Shown piece by piece: positions 47,872-58,118 of a stretch of 64,000 bases of DNA. This DNA comes from Eubacteriales bacterium (GTDB taxonomy: Bacteria > Bacillota > Clostridia > Oscillospirales > CAG-272). Where the stretch lies: assembly GCA_045533675.1 (NCBI GenBank), contig JAZSIF010000031.1, forward strand, positions 11,634 through 75,633, in the 5' to 3' direction. A program made the position numbers and the translations under genes. Every line of letters begins with the position of its first letter. Position 1 is the stretch's first letter. The notes below the pieces were generated by a model. That model saw nothing but the letters and a program-made list of their open reading frames with translations. It did not search any database and was not told the origin of the DNA.

Positions 47872-48144
47872 TTATAAACACGAGTTGTGTTGTCCGATAT
47901 ATTTTTTTCTGGTTGCTTCTCCGCCACGTAAATGCCGCTCCTGCTTGTTTACGTCTAGCACGGCCTTTACCTGCAAATATAAGGATGGATTGATCTTTTT
48001 CAGGGTTTGTGTGATATCTTTGTGGACTGTACTCTTGCTGATCCCAAAATGTTTTGCAACCGAACGCACTGTGGAGCGTTCATCCACCAAATAGGTTCCC
48101 AATAGTATACATCTTTCTTTACTGGTTAAAGTGTTTGTGATCAT
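47872..48144 (-). CDS. spoIIID: Stage III sporulation protein D (mother-cell transcription factor)
   Basis: RSVAKHFGISKSTVHKDI HTH and the C-terminal basic region ERHLRGGEATRKKY. Confidence 0.92.
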   Translation of the reverse strand: MITNTLTSKERCILLGTYLVDERSTVRSVAKHFGISKSTVHKDITQTLKKINPSLYLQVKAVLDVNKQERHLRGGEATRKKYIGQHNSCL

Positions 48145-48229
48145 AATTTCGCTCCCGTTGTATATTCATTATCATCTATATGAATGGACAACAAGAAAAA
48201 TTATCAATTAAAAGGTTTTATAGATAAAT

Positions 48230-49003
48230 ATGATAAAAGAAGAAAAAAAGTTTGCCACATCGGATCTTTTGGAAGGTATGTCTTCCATTTCTGCGCTAAT
48301 TAAAGGAATCGAATCCAATCGCAACAACCGAAAAATTTTAAAGGTTTTTATTGACACGGCTCGCATGAAGCAGAAAAAGGCGGAAATACGATTTTTGGAA
48401 ATAAAGTCTTCCCTGTTGAATTTTTCCCTTGAATTTGTCGATTCGCAAGTGATTGATGAATTGACAGTGGGAAATACACATGGAGGCATTGTTGCAAAGT
48501 GCACCCCCAGACAGCTTTCTCAGCTGAGTCCGGATTTGATTGAAAACAATGGGGTTTATTTTATTTTGGAAGGAATTGAAGACCCATACAATTTTGGTTA
48601 TGCTGTACGTTCTTTATATGCGGCAGGCGCCAATGGGGTTATCGTTGGCGAACGTAATTGGATGGGAGCGGCAGGAGTTGTTGCCAGATCCTCTGCCGGA
48701 TGCTCTGAATTGATGAACATTTACGTATCTGATCCCTTGGAAGCGATTCATTGTTTGTCACAAAAGGGATATCGTATTCTTTGCGCAGGGATAAGGGATT
48801 CGGTTTCCCTGTTCGAGACCGATCTATCCTTGCCTCTCTGCGTAATATTGGGGGGCGAAAAACGCGGTATTTCCCGTGCTGTGCTTGAAAAAGCGGATCA
48901 GATCGTCAGAATTGATTATGGAACGGATTTTGGGGGCTCCTTGTCTACCGCAGCATCGGCTGCCGTGTTTGGATTTGAGATTTTTCGCTACAATCGTGAT
49001 TGA
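48230..49003 (+). CDS. TrmH/SpoU-family RNA 2'-O-methyltransferase (RlmB-like)
   Basis: SpoU motifs LEGIEDPYNFGYAVRS, ILGGEKRGIS and SLSTAASAAV. Confidence 0.85.
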   Translation: MIKEEKKFATSDLLEGMSSISALIKGIESNRNNRKILKVFIDTARMKQKKAEIRFLEIKSSLLNFSLEFVDSQVIDELTVGNTHGGIVAKCTPRQLSQLSPDLIENNGVYFILEGIEDPYNFGYAVRSLYAAGANGVIVGERNWMGAAGVVARSSAGCSELMNIYVSDPLEAIHCLSQKGYRILCAGIRDSVSLFETDLSLPLCVILGGEKRGISRAVLEKADQIVRIDYGTDFGGSLSTAASAAVFGFEIFRYNRD

Positions 49004-49102
49004 CCATACGTATCTTAAAAAAATAAATCAAAAGAATTTAATGTTTGTTAAAATAATCATGTTATAATATTGTCGAAGAATTGGTGTTACATGGGAGAAT
49101 GT

Positions 49103-49912
49103 ATGAAAAAATTTTCTGTGATCGGTGTCGGAAATATGGCAACGTCCATTTTGTGTGGTATGGTTTCCTCCAAAATGCCCATTTCCGATTGGATTGTTTA
49201 CGATAAAAATGAGGCTCAATATGACAGACTTCCCGTACAATCGGGTGCATATTGCTATGCCAAGAGTATTTCCGAGGCAGTATCCTTAGCAGACTTCGTT
49301 CTGCTTTCTGTTAAGCCTCAAAATTTCCCACAAGTCATCGAGGAAATTCGAGAGGCAGCGGATTATGAAAATAAATTATATATATCTATTGCCGCGGGAA
49401 TTGATTCTTCCTCGATTTCATCGTCATTGAACGGCGCGTGTGTTGTACGGGTACTTCCCAATCTTCCTATGACGATTGGGATGGGCGTCTCCTTGATTTG
49501 CGAGAATTCTGCAATTTTCCCTGACGATATGCAATTTGTTCGGGATATATTTTCTACCTCCGGCAGTGTACTTATGATTCGTGAGGAAGAAATGAATCGG
49601 ATGATTGGTGTTACTTCCTCATCTCCCGCCTACGTATTTCAATTCATTGATGCAATTTATCAAGGGGCTCTTGCGCAAGGAATTTATTCCGAAAATCTGA
49701 TCGATACGATTTGTGATGTGGTCATCGGTTCTGCGCAGCTCTTGAAGCAACAGAAGTGCGCTCCAAAAGAATTGATTGAACGAGTCGCATCGAAAGGCGG
49801 AACCACCGAACGAGCATTGCTTGCTTTAGAGGAAAATGGCTTTGATGATAGCATTGCTCGTGCCATGCTTGCTTGCACTAACCGTGCAGACGAATTAGGG
49901 CAAGACAAATAA
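49103..49912 (+). CDS. proC: Pyrroline-5-carboxylate reductase
   Basis: Rossmann N-terminus KFSVIGVGNMATSI; the C-terminal SKGGTTERAL motif. GGGAG ribosome-binding site before the ATG at 49103. Confidence 0.9.
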   Translation: MKKFSVIGVGNMATSILCGMVSSKMPISDWIVYDKNEAQYDRLPVQSGAYCYAKSISEAVSLADFVLLSVKPQNFPQVIEEIREAADYENKLYISIAAGIDSSSISSSLNGACVVRVLPNLPMTIGMGVSLICENSAIFPDDMQFVRDIFSTSGSVLMIREEEMNRMIGVTSSSPAYVFQFIDAIYQGALAQGIYSENLIDTICDVVIGSAQLLKQQKCAPKELIERVASKGGTTERALLALEENGFDDSIARAMLACTNRADELGQDK

Positions 49913-49982
49913 AATCGCACGCATATTTGCATCCATATCGATCATATAGTTTCATATATGATTGCATAGGAGGCAGATATGT

Positions 49983-50636
49983 ATGGACAAGTATCATGCA
50001 AGACCGGAGCTTCGGCGGACACTAACACCGATTCGAATAGAAACGATTAAATTTTTCATTCAGTATCTACTCATGCTGATTGCTTCCTCCGTGGCTGGTG
50101 GCGCATTCACCTTTTTCTTAAACGGAGAGACTTACGTTTCTTTCTTTTATCGGATTTACACACATTTTTCGATTCCCTTTTCCTATTGTCGAAATGCGGG
50201 AGATGTCGCTTCCGTTCTGCTGAAATATTCTGCTCCAAAATTGATTGCCGCTGCTATGATTCTTTTGTTTTCCTTTTCGGTATTGAATCACTTGGCGACG
50301 CAATTGGTACTGGTCATTGAAGGTTTTAAATTCGGTTTTTCTGTCTGTATCTTGTTTCGATTGATTTTCTCTCCAATGATTCGAGAATACCTCTCGTCTT
50401 TCTTATGTATCATTTATATTCTAACTTGCCTGCTTGTATTGATCTTGCTTGTTCGCTATGCGGTTGATCTTGCAAAGTATTCAATTGCCGTGCGTTGTTA
50501 TACGTCTTTGGGACGTCCGAGTTTTTCCGCAAGAAATTTGACAAGACTATTGATCTGTTTCGTGAAATATTGCGTGCTATTGCTAAGTGTATATTCGATT
50601 TACTCTATGATAATATTTTTTGTAAATAAAGGATAA
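49983..50636 (+). CDS. Polytopic membrane protein (possibly SpoIIM-family; unverified)
   Basis: AGGAGG ribosome-binding site 9 nt upstream. About 5 TM helices. The segment LVLVIEGFKFGFSVCILF recalls SpoIIM. Confidence 0.45.
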   Translation: MDKYHARPELRRTLTPIRIETIKFFIQYLLMLIASSVAGGAFTFFLNGETYVSFFYRIYTHFSIPFSYCRNAGDVASVLLKYSAPKLIAAAMILLFSFSVLNHLATQLVLVIEGFKFGFSVCILFRLIFSPMIREYLSSFLCIIYILTCLLVLILLVRYAVDLAKYSIAVRCYTSLGRPSFSARNLTRLLICFVKYCVLLLSVYSIYSMIIFFVNKG

Positions 50637-50639
50637 AGA

Positions 50640-51629
50640 ATGAAAAACAAATTGGATAACAAAAAGAAAAAGAAGTTTAAATTGTTCGATATGAACCGTG
50701 ACGGTAAGGGGGTTTTTGAGAACGAAAACAGAAAACCAACCTTGAAATTTTTCTTTGTACTGACAAAGAGAAAGTTCACTCAGCTCCTGCAGTTGAATCT
50801 GTTAATGCTCTTTATGATCATTCCTCTGATTGTGATCTTGTCTCTTTATCTTTGGGGCAATAAGACCCCCTCCCTTACAGATCCGTTATTTTCTCCTCTT
50901 CAGGGAATGGAGGCGGTTCTTTCGTCTTCGTCTACCTCCACAATTGCCGACCTATCTTCGATTCAAATGGAATTGCCTGTACTCAGTACAGGTATGAATA
51001 TTATTCAGATTCTTATGATCGTGTTCCTTGCGATTACATGGGGATGGCAGAATGTAGGGGCAGCGTACGTTTTGCGAGGACTATTCCGCGGAGACCCTGT
51101 ATTTGTATTTTCGGATTATTTTTATGCCATTAAACGAAACTTTAAATCGGCATTTTGCTTGGGACTGATTGATTTTATCTGCTCGGCGGTTCTTGTAATG
51201 GACTTTATTTTCTTTTACACAAGAACGGGAAGCTTCCAATTTGACGTAATGTATCTGATGATATTCGCAATTGCATTGATTTATATTGTCATGCGATTTT
51301 ATCTCTATAATCTGCTGGTTACGTTTGATTTGTCAAGCTTTAAGATTCTGAAAAACTCTTTGATTTTCTCAATTCTCGGAATCAAACGAAACATAATGGC
51401 TCTGCTTGGCATCCTTGTGTTATTGATTGTTCAATTTGTGCTTATTATTTTACTCCTGCCAATTGGAATTTCTATTCCGTTGGTTCTTCCCTTTGTATAT
51501 ATTCTTGCGCTTCTTGGATTTATCGGTACCTATGCCGCTTATCCTGTGATTAACCGATATATGATCGCCCCCTACCAAAAGGAAGAGCGCTCGGAGGAAG
51601 AATCCTCTGAAGAAATTGAGGGAAATTAA
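50640..51629 (+). CDS. Polytopic membrane protein (DUF624/YesL-like; unverified)
   Basis: Basic N-terminus, multiple TM helices and an acidic C-terminal tail EERSEEESSEEIEGN. Confidence 0.45.
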   Translation: MKNKLDNKKKKKFKLFDMNRDGKGVFENENRKPTLKFFFVLTKRKFTQLLQLNLLMLFMIIPLIVILSLYLWGNKTPSLTDPLFSPLQGMEAVLSSSSTSTIADLSSIQMELPVLSTGMNIIQILMIVFLAITWGWQNVGAAYVLRGLFRGDPVFVFSDYFYAIKRNFKSAFCLGLIDFICSAVLVMDFIFFYTRTGSFQFDVMYLMIFAIALIYIVMRFYLYNLLVTFDLSSFKILKNSLIFSILGIKRNIMALLGILVLLIVQFVLIILLLPIGISIPLVLPFVYILALLGFIGTYAAYPVINRYMIAPYQKEERSEEESSEEIEGN

Positions 51630-51640
51630 AAAAAGACAAA

Positions 51641-51674
51641 GAAGAACCTCGCTTGATATGAAGCGAGGTTCTTC
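51641..51674. terminator. Bidirectional terminator
   Basis: gaagaacctcgctt / aagcgaggttcttc stem flanked by A/T runs. Confidence 0.75.
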
Positions 51675-51689
51675 CATTTATATTACTTT

Positions 51690-52949
51690 TTATCCATTTA
51701 CATCCACCATTGTTCCAATGAAGAATGGAATATAATTTTCGCAATCTATAATCATATACACAAATGGTCTATTAAGATAGACTTGCTTGTGTTCACTTGG
51801 ACGTTCCAGTGAACATTTGTTCATTTCCACCACAGTGGAAGCGCCTGCTTTGGTTCCTGTCTCTCCTACTTGGATATAGGTTTTGTGAATGACTTGATTA
51901 ATAAAAATATTGCTATTCTGATAGGATCCGAGATTCCTGAAATCTGCTTTATCCCCGTCAAAGGCATCGGTCATACCCATAGATTTGAGAATGTCAGACA
52001 GTTCTGTGCTATACTCCATTTCAAACTTAGGGATTGCCGCATCGACCGAAATATTCTGCCCCCCGCTCAAAAGCGCCTGCAAGGAAGCGCCGTCAAGCGA
52101 TTGAATATAGTGGGACATCTTCACTCCCTCATTGGGAAGCAGCGCCGCAAAGGCATATTTTTGATCAAAATAGTATTTTATAAAGCCAGTGGCATGTTCG
52201 TCCTCAAGATAGATTCCTTCGGTGGAATACATCATATCCACCTCTCGATCGGTTCCGTCCTCTTTGGTAAATATCCCCCCACGGACTTGAGCTTTTTCAT
52301 AAGTTTGCAGCCATTTGGCATCAAAAGCAAGAGCATTGACCAAATACATGATGGCATCAGGCGGGATACGATCAAGAACCTCGGGAATCATTTCGTCGGT
52401 TTCCTGATTCACCCAATTGTTGATATCTTTCAGTGTCTGATCATTAAACGGCGCTTTGTATATATCCGCACCGTAATAGTCAGCATTGGTTTGCAAGAAG
52501 CCTTGGTTTACGGTAAAAAGCTCATCCTCGGTAAACCAAATGGAATTTGCTAAATTCAGCTTATACTTTTCACTCTGCGATAAAGAATTTAAATAGCTAA
52601 AAAGGAAGAGATTCAATTCCTCTGTATTCATTCCAAGAACATCTTCCATCTGCTCGCGGGTTTGACCGTTTGCGCCGTTGGCAGTCATGGAAAGCGCACA
52701 CAATATGGACAAGGGCGAGAGAAGCATGTTTTCATTTCTATTGTTTGCTTCCTTAAAGAGACGAACGGAAAAATCGGTTGCATCGATACGATGATCCCGG
52801 AGATCATCCAAAACAGAAACCGTATTCGGTTCGATTCCCTGCATTAAATCAGCGGCAGCTATCTTTGTTGCGCATCCAACGAGGTTCAACGAAATGGCGC
52901 AAAGAAGGATTACGCTGATTACAACAAGATAGTTTTTTATTTTTCTCAT
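51690..52949 (-). CDS. Serpin-family protease inhibitor, predicted lipoprotein
   Basis: Lipobox SLNLVGC. Serpin pattern NMLLSPLSILCALSMTANGANGQT. The hinge/reactive-centre loop reads GETGTKAGASTVVEMNKCS, followed by NRPFVYMI. Confidence 0.85.
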   Translation of the reverse strand: MRKIKNYLVVISVILLCAISLNLVGCATKIAAADLMQGIEPNTVSVLDDLRDHRIDATDFSVRLFKEANNRNENMLLSPLSILCALSMTANGANGQTREQMEDVLGMNTEELNLFLFSYLNSLSQSEKYKLNLANSIWFTEDELFTVNQGFLQTNADYYGADIYKAPFNDQTLKDINNWVNQETDEMIPEVLDRIPPDAIMYLVNALAFDAKWLQTYEKAQVRGGIFTKEDGTDREVDMMYSTEGIYLEDEHATGFIKYYFDQKYAFAALLPNEGVKMSHYIQSLDGASLQALLSGGQNISVDAAIPKFEMEYSTELSDILKSMGMTDAFDGDKADFRNLGSYQNSNIFINQVIHKTYIQVGETGTKAGASTVVEMNKCSLERPSEHKQVYLNRPFVYMIIDCENYIPFFIGTMVDVNG

Positions 52950-52970
52950 AATATAACCTCTTTTATGATA

Positions 52971-53300
52971 TTAGAAAATTCCTCGATTGTACTTGATCAT
53001 AGCATAAAAATTGAGACCGAGCCCAATCGCTATGCCAAGGATGAGCTCAACGGTTCCGATGGTTGTGTATAATGCGGTGCTTGCTTGCTCCGACAAAAAG
53101 GAAAAAATACCGAAAATAATCATGGAAACTCCCATTAGAATCGTGCCGAGTCCCACAAGCCGTCCAAAGCTTTTCATATTTTGGGGGCTTACCCGTTGTC
53201 GATGATACCAATGGAGAGATAATACATTCCCGGTCATATTAACAATTCCAATTATGGAAAGTAGGATGCCGAGAACAGCAGTTGTAACGAACGTTGACAT
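52971..53300 (-). CDS. Small hypothetical membrane protein
   Basis: AAGGGGGA ribosome-binding site before the ATG at 53300. 3-4 hydrophobic helices. Confidence 0.5.
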   Translation of the reverse strand: MSTFVTTAVLGILLSIIGIVNMTGNVLSLHWYHRQRVSPQNMKSFGRLVGLGTILMGVSMIIFGIFSFLSEQASTALYTTIGTVELILGIAIGLGLNFYAMIKYNRGIF

Positions 53301-53310
53301 GAAATCCCCC

Positions 53311-53685
53311 TTAATCAGTATTTTTATTTTGCCGTTTTCTAATACGTTTTTTCCCCAAATACATACCGAACATGGAGAGAAATCCTGCGAAAAAATAAAT
53401 TGCGGAGTAGAAAAACAACTCGATGACAAATTCTTGAACTACCAAAGCAAAAAACAATGGGAACAAAATAGCAGATACAATGGGAATCCACCAAAGTCTT
53501 TGAAAATCGGTTCCCGCTAAAATTCCCAATGCAATGACGAACAGAGGATTGATCAGAAAAAATAAAAGAAAACAGAATCCCATTCCCGAATCTGCGGGTG
53601 CCAGATTTATAACGGCAAGAGGAAGAAGCAGCATGAGAAAAAGCCATGAAAGGATTGCTATCAAGATCTTTTTCAAATAGTTCAT
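53311..53685 (-). CDS. Small hypothetical membrane protein
   Basis: 124 aa, 4 hydrophobic helices and a basic C-terminus. GAGGTGG lies upstream of the ATG. Confidence 0.5.
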   Translation of the reverse strand: MNYLKKILIAILSWLFLMLLLPLAVINLAPADSGMGFCFLLFFLINPLFVIALGILAGTDFQRLWWIPIVSAILFPLFFALVVQEFVIELFFYSAIYFFAGFLSMFGMYLGKKRIRKRQNKNTD

Positions 53686-53786
53686 TTTTGAAAACCACCT
53701 CTTACCTACATTATAGAATATTCTTCACAATAACTATATCATATTTTTTGTTATAAATCAAGATAACAGAGATATTTTATACTCAA

Positions 53787-53815
53787 AAGCAGGCATTGAA
53801 GATCAATGCCTGCTT
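53787..53815 (-). terminator. Rho-independent terminator after nfnB
   Basis: aagcaggcattga / tcaatgcctgctt stem, followed on the minus strand by ttgagtat. Confidence 0.7.
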
Positions 53816-53822
53816 AAATCGG

Positions 53823-55235
53823 CTATTTGGACAAATATTGATCAATAGCACGAGCGGCTTTTTTGCCTGCACCCATGGCAGAAATGACGGTTGCGGCACC
53901 TGTTACGGCATCACCGCCCGCATAAACACCCGCCTTAGTGGTTGCTCCCGTTTCTTCTTCAACAATAATTCCTCCACGGTTGTTGACATCCAAACCAGAG
54001 GTTGTCATTTTGATCAAGGGATTGGGTGAGGTGCCGATGGAGATAATTACGGTATCCACATCCAACGTAAATTCGCTTCCCTCTACGGGAATGGGGCGAC
54101 GGCGGCCTCTTTCATCAGGCTCGCCAAGCTCCATGCGAATGCACTTGATTCCCGTAACAAATCCGTTTTTGGGATCTTTTTTATTGTCGGGATTTTGGTA
54201 GCCAAGGATTTCTACGGGATTGTTCAAGAGCATGAATTCAATTCCCTCCTCGATGGCATGCTCAACCTCTTCACGACGTGCGGGAAGCTCCTCCATAGAG
54301 CGGCGATAAATGATGAAAACCTTTTCCGCTCCCAAGCGCAGTGCCGTTCGAGCTGCATCCATTGCCACGTTTCCGCCGCCTACAACAGCGACACGTCCGC
54401 CTTTCATAATGGGCGTAATGGCATCCTCACGGTATGCCTTCATCAAATTGGAGCGAGTCAGAAATTCGTTGGCGGAATATACACCCTTGTAGGATTCTCC
54501 GGGGATATTCATAAAGTTCGGAAGTCCTGCGCCCGAACCAACGAATACGGCTTCGTATCCTTGTTCAAGAAGCTCATCCACAGTCAATGTTTTTCCGATC
54601 ACCATGTTTGTTTGAATGTCAACACCCATGGCACGAAGATTGTCTACTTCTTTTTTTACAATGGATTTGGGCAAACGAAATTCCGGAATACCGTAAACCA
54701 ATACACCGCCTGCGGCATGAAGCGCCTCGAATACGGTCACCTCATAGCCCTTTTTTGCCAGATCACCGGCGCAGGTTAATCCGGAGGGACCCGCACCCAC
54801 AACGGCTACTTTATGACCGTTTTTTGGGGGAATTTTTGGAATTTCCGTGGAGTGTGCGTTGTGCCAGTCGGCTACAAAGCGCTCCAGCCGTCCAATGCCA
54901 ACCGGTTCTCCCTTAATTCCTCGTACGCACTTGCTTTCACACTGGGTTTCCTGAGGGCACACACGACCGCATACAGCGGGAAGCGAGGAGGATTTGGCAA
55001 TGATCTGATAAGCCCCCTCGAAATCTCCCTCTTTAATTTTTGCGATAAACTCGGGAATATGAATGTTTACGGGACACGCGCCAACACAAGGCATATTCTT
55101 GCAATTCAGGCAGCGAAGCGCCTCGTCAACGGCGACCTCCTCGGTATAGCCAAGCGCAACCTCATCAAAATTGTGTGCTCTTACCTTAGGATCCTGTGTG
55201 GGGATCGGATTTTTCTTTAAACTTATGTTCGGCAT
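53823..55235 (-). CDS. nfnB: NADPH-dependent GltD-like oxidoreductase (NfnB / SudA type)
   Basis: N-terminal 2x[4Fe-4S] region CLNCKNMPCVGACP...CPQETQCESKC, then FAD/NAD(P) folds VAVVGAGPSGL and VAVVGGGNVAMD. The start shares one nt with the nfnA stop (TAATG). Confidence 0.8.
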   Translation of the reverse strand: MPNISLKKNPIPTQDPKVRAHNFDEVALGYTEEVAVDEALRCLNCKNMPCVGACPVNIHIPEFIAKIKEGDFEGAYQIIAKSSSLPAVCGRVCPQETQCESKCVRGIKGEPVGIGRLERFVADWHNAHSTEIPKIPPKNGHKVAVVGAGPSGLTCAGDLAKKGYEVTVFEALHAAGGVLVYGIPEFRLPKSIVKKEVDNLRAMGVDIQTNMVIGKTLTVDELLEQGYEAVFVGSGAGLPNFMNIPGESYKGVYSANEFLTRSNLMKAYREDAITPIMKGGRVAVVGGGNVAMDAARTALRLGAEKVFIIYRRSMEELPARREEVEHAIEEGIEFMLLNNPVEILGYQNPDNKKDPKNGFVTGIKCIRMELGEPDERGRRRPIPVEGSEFTLDVDTVIISIGTSPNPLIKMTTSGLDVNNRGGIIVEEETGATTKAGVYAGGDAVTGAATVISAMGAGKKAARAIDQYLSK

Positions 55236-56089
55236 TACTGAACCTCCTTGTTCAAGAGATTGCATGCCTCATCATAAGCATGACGCTCAAAGTCAAAATA
55301 CATGGCATTGCGGGACAGTGCTTCGTCAAAGTCTACTTCGTATCCATTAAAATCGGGACCGTCCACACAAGCAAATTTCGTCACTCTCTGACCGTTCTTT
55401 TGTAAAGTCAAGCGGCAACCACCGCACATGCCTGTTCCATCAATCATAACGGGATTCATGGATACCGTGCAAGGAATGCCATAGGGACGTACTGCTTCAA
55501 CCACAAATTTCATCATAATCAAAGGACCAATGGTAATGACCTCGTCAAAGCGTTCACCTTCATTCAAAAGCTTGGTAAGAGGCATACATACGTTTCCTTT
55601 TTCGCCATAGGAGCCGTCGTCGGTCATCACGATTAAACGGTCGGATGCTATTCTAAATTCATTCTCCAGAATCAGAAGATCCTTAGAACGGAAACCGATG
55701 ATCGATGTTACGTTACAGCCAAGCTCATGGAGCTTTTGGGCGACAGGTAGAGCGATGGCACAACCTACGCCACCACCGATGATGCAGACCTTACGAAGAC
55801 CATCCACCTTTGTTTTCTGTCCCAAGGGACCCACAAAGTCGCAGATGGATTCGCCTTCCCTTTTTTGATTTAACATGACGGTTGTGGCTCCTACCACCTG
55901 AAAAACGATGGTAATTGTTCCTCGAACACGATCATAGCCCGCAATGGTAAGAGGAATTCTTTCTCCGTCTTCATTAACCCTCAAAATGATAAACTGTCCT
56001 GGCTCCGCCTTGGCTGCTACGTAAGGGGCTTCGATTTCCATTTGCGTGACCGTGGGATTTAACTCTTTTTTCTTAACTATTCTGTACAT
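55235..56089 (-). CDS. nfnA: Ferredoxin-NADP reductase-like FAD/[2Fe-2S] subunit (NfnA / SudB type)
   Basis: PyrK-like fold MYRIVKKKELNP...GQFIILRV...RIPLTI. C-terminal cluster motif CGGC...C. GGAGAA ribosome-binding site before the ATG at 56089. Confidence 0.8.
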   Translation of the reverse strand: MYRIVKKKELNPTVTQMEIEAPYVAAKAEPGQFIILRVNEDGERIPLTIAGYDRVRGTITIVFQVVGATTVMLNQKREGESICDFVGPLGQKTKVDGLRKVCIIGGGVGCAIALPVAQKLHELGCNVTSIIGFRSKDLLILENEFRIASDRLIVMTDDGSYGEKGNVCMPLTKLLNEGERFDEVITIGPLIMMKFVVEAVRPYGIPCTVSMNPVMIDGTGMCGGCRLTLQKNGQRVTKFACVDGPDFNGYEVDFDEALSRNAMYFDFERHAYDEACNLLNKEVQ

Positions 56090-56113
56090 TGAATTCTCCA
56101 TGATTCGTTTGAA

Positions 56114-56156
56114 TCAAAAAAGCGATTGCACCTCATTCTAATCGTTTGAGGTGCAA
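56114..56156 (-). terminator. Rho-independent terminator after tsf
   Basis: ttgcacctca / tgaggtgcaa stem, followed on the minus strand by tcgctttttt. Confidence 0.75.
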
Positions 56157-56207
56157 CCATTCTTATTTAAATTTCACTCTCAAATCAAGAGTTATTTATT
56201 GATGGGA

Positions 56208-57137
56208 TCAGTTTCCGGTGAGCTTTGCGATCTCGTCAGCAAAGTTCTCTTCTCTCTTTTGGATTCCTTCGCCCTTTTCAAAGCGGTAGAAGCCGGTAAC
56301 CTTTATGCTTCCGCCAAGTTCCTTAGCGGTTGCATCTACGTACTGACCAACCTTCAGATCGTCGTCCTTAACATATGCCATATCCAAGAGACAGTTGTTG
56401 TCGTAGAACTTGCTGATTCTGCCGGTAACCATCTTCTCAATAATTTGAGCGGGCTTCTTGGCGTTAGCGGGATCGTTTGCGATCTGAGCCATAAGGATTG
56501 CCTTCTCCTCATCGATAACAGAAGCGGGAACAGACTCGCGATTCAAATAAGGAGTAGGATATGCACCAACCTGCAGAGCTACGTTCTTTGCAAATTCAGC
56601 GAATGCCTCCTGAGCCACAACCGCCTCATCAGCATCAAAGCTAACGATAACACCGATGGTGCCGGTTCCGTGGATATAGGTGCTGGTGGTTCCCTCGGCG
56701 ATAACGAAGCGGCGAATGCTGAGCTTCTCACCGATCACAAAAATCATTTCCTTCAGCTTTGCCTCAACGGTTGCGGTACCATCCACATATTCGGATGCCA
56801 TCAAAGCGTCAAGGTCAGCGGGCTTGTTGGCGATAATGGTCTTCAAAAGGTTCTTTACAAATTCCTGGAAAGATGCGTTCTTAGCAACGAAGTCGGTCTC
56901 AGAGTTCACCTCGATCATTGCGGTCAGATTGCCCTCCTTCATGATATCAACGATACCGTCAGCGGCAATTCTGGTTGCAGCCTTGGCTTCTGCCTTCAAT
57001 TCACCTCTCTTGCGGAGGATCTTGATTGCTTCCTCAACATCGCCGTTTGCTTCAACAAGTGCCTTCTTGCACTCCATCATACCGATACCGGTCTTTGCGC
57101 GCAGAGCGGCAACGTCCTTTGCAGTAATGTTTGCCAT
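56208..57137 (-). CDS. tsf: Elongation factor Ts
   Basis: ITAKDVAALRAKTGIGMMECKKAL UBA-like N-terminus. Full-length EF-Ts. Confidence 0.97.
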   Translation of the reverse strand: MANITAKDVAALRAKTGIGMMECKKALVEANGDVEEAIKILRKRGELKAEAKAATRIAADGIVDIMKEGNLTAMIEVNSETDFVAKNASFQEFVKNLLKTIIANKPADLDALMASEYVDGTATVEAKLKEMIFVIGEKLSIRRFVIAEGTTSTYIHGTGTIGVIVSFDADEAVVAQEAFAEFAKNVALQVGAYPTPYLNRESVPASVIDEEKAILMAQIANDPANAKKPAQIIEKMVTGRISKFYDNNCLLDMAYVKDDDLKVGQYVDATAKELGGSIKVTGFYRFEKGEGIQKREENFADEIAKLTGN

Positions 57138-57183
57138 TTTTTATCGTCCTTTCAAATGTTAGTTTCGTTTTGGTTAGGAAAAA

Positions 57184-57927
57184 TTATTCTGCGTCAGCAG
57201 TTTCCTCTACTGCCTCCTCAGCAGCAACCTCTCCGGTCAACTGCTCGCCCTGCTTACCCTCGATAACAGCGTCAGCAAGAGAAGCGGAGATCAGCTTGAT
57301 CGCACGAATTGCGTCATCGTTTCCGGGGATGATATAGTCGGCATCATCGGGGTCGCAGTTGGTGTCAACGATAGCGACAACCGGAATGCCCAGCTTCTTA
57401 GCCTCAAGGACAGCGTTTCTTTCCTTCTTGGGGTCAACGATGAAAATAGCGGCAGGCAGAGTATCCATGGTCTTGATACCGCCGTAGTTCTTCTCAAGGT
57501 CGAAAATTTCCTTCTGCTTAGCAGCAACTTCCTTCTTGGGAAGCAGATCGAAGGTACCATCCTCCTGCATCTTGGTGAGTGCATTCAGACGACCGATGGA
57601 ACGCTTGATGGTCTTGAAGTTGGTCATCATACCACCGGGCCAACGAACGTTTACATAGTACATTCCGCAACGGGTTGCTTCTTCCTTGATTGCGTCTGCA
57701 GCCTGCTTCTTGGTACCAACAAACAGGATGTTCCCGCCCTCTGCGGCTACGTCACGAACGAAAGCATACGCCTCATCGAACTTCTTAACGGTTTTCTGAA
57801 GGTCGATGATGTAGATTCCGTTTCTTTCGGTGAAGATGTACTCCTGCATTTTGGGGTTCCATCTTCTGGTGTGGTGTCCGAAATGAACACCTGCTTCGAG
57901 AAGCTGCTTGATAGAGATTACAGACAT
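57184..57927 (-). CDS. rpsB: 30S ribosomal protein S2
   Basis: [28 protein letters not shown]-terminus. AAGGAGGA ribosome-binding site before the ATG at 57927; the ORF-track start at 57996 is too long. Confidence 0.97.
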   Translation of the reverse strand: MSVISIKQLLEAGVHFGHHTRRWNPKMQEYIFTERNGIYIIDLQKTVKKFDEAYAFVRDVAAEGGNILFVGTKKQAADAIKEEATRCGMYYVNVRWPGGMMTNFKTIKRSIGRLNALTKMQEDGTFDLLPKKEVAAKQKEIFDLEKNYGGIKTMDTLPAAIFIVDPKKERNAVLEAKKLGIPVVAIVDTNCDPDDADYIIPGNDDAIRAIKLISASLADAVIEGKQGEQLTGEVAAEEAVEETADAE

Positions 57928-58118
57928 TTTTATGTCCTCCTTCGGTTTTTCCACCACATTGCATAGCGATTCTATTGCCGATTGACAACACCGCATCGCT
58001 CTCTGTCAATGTGTGTGTATTTTATTTTTGTGTGAGTACTCTAAATATCACACAACTGAAATCATTATACCACAATCTTTATTATAAAGCAAGAAAAAAT
58101 TTGACATTTACAAAATAT

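Noticed and set aside
56151-57266. 371-aa ORF antisense to tsf, the longest non-genic ORF in the window
   Set aside because: It spans the tsf terminator and the tsf-rpsB spacer, has a Leu/Ser/Cys-rich composition and no ribosome-binding site. EF-Ts on the minus strand is unambiguous.
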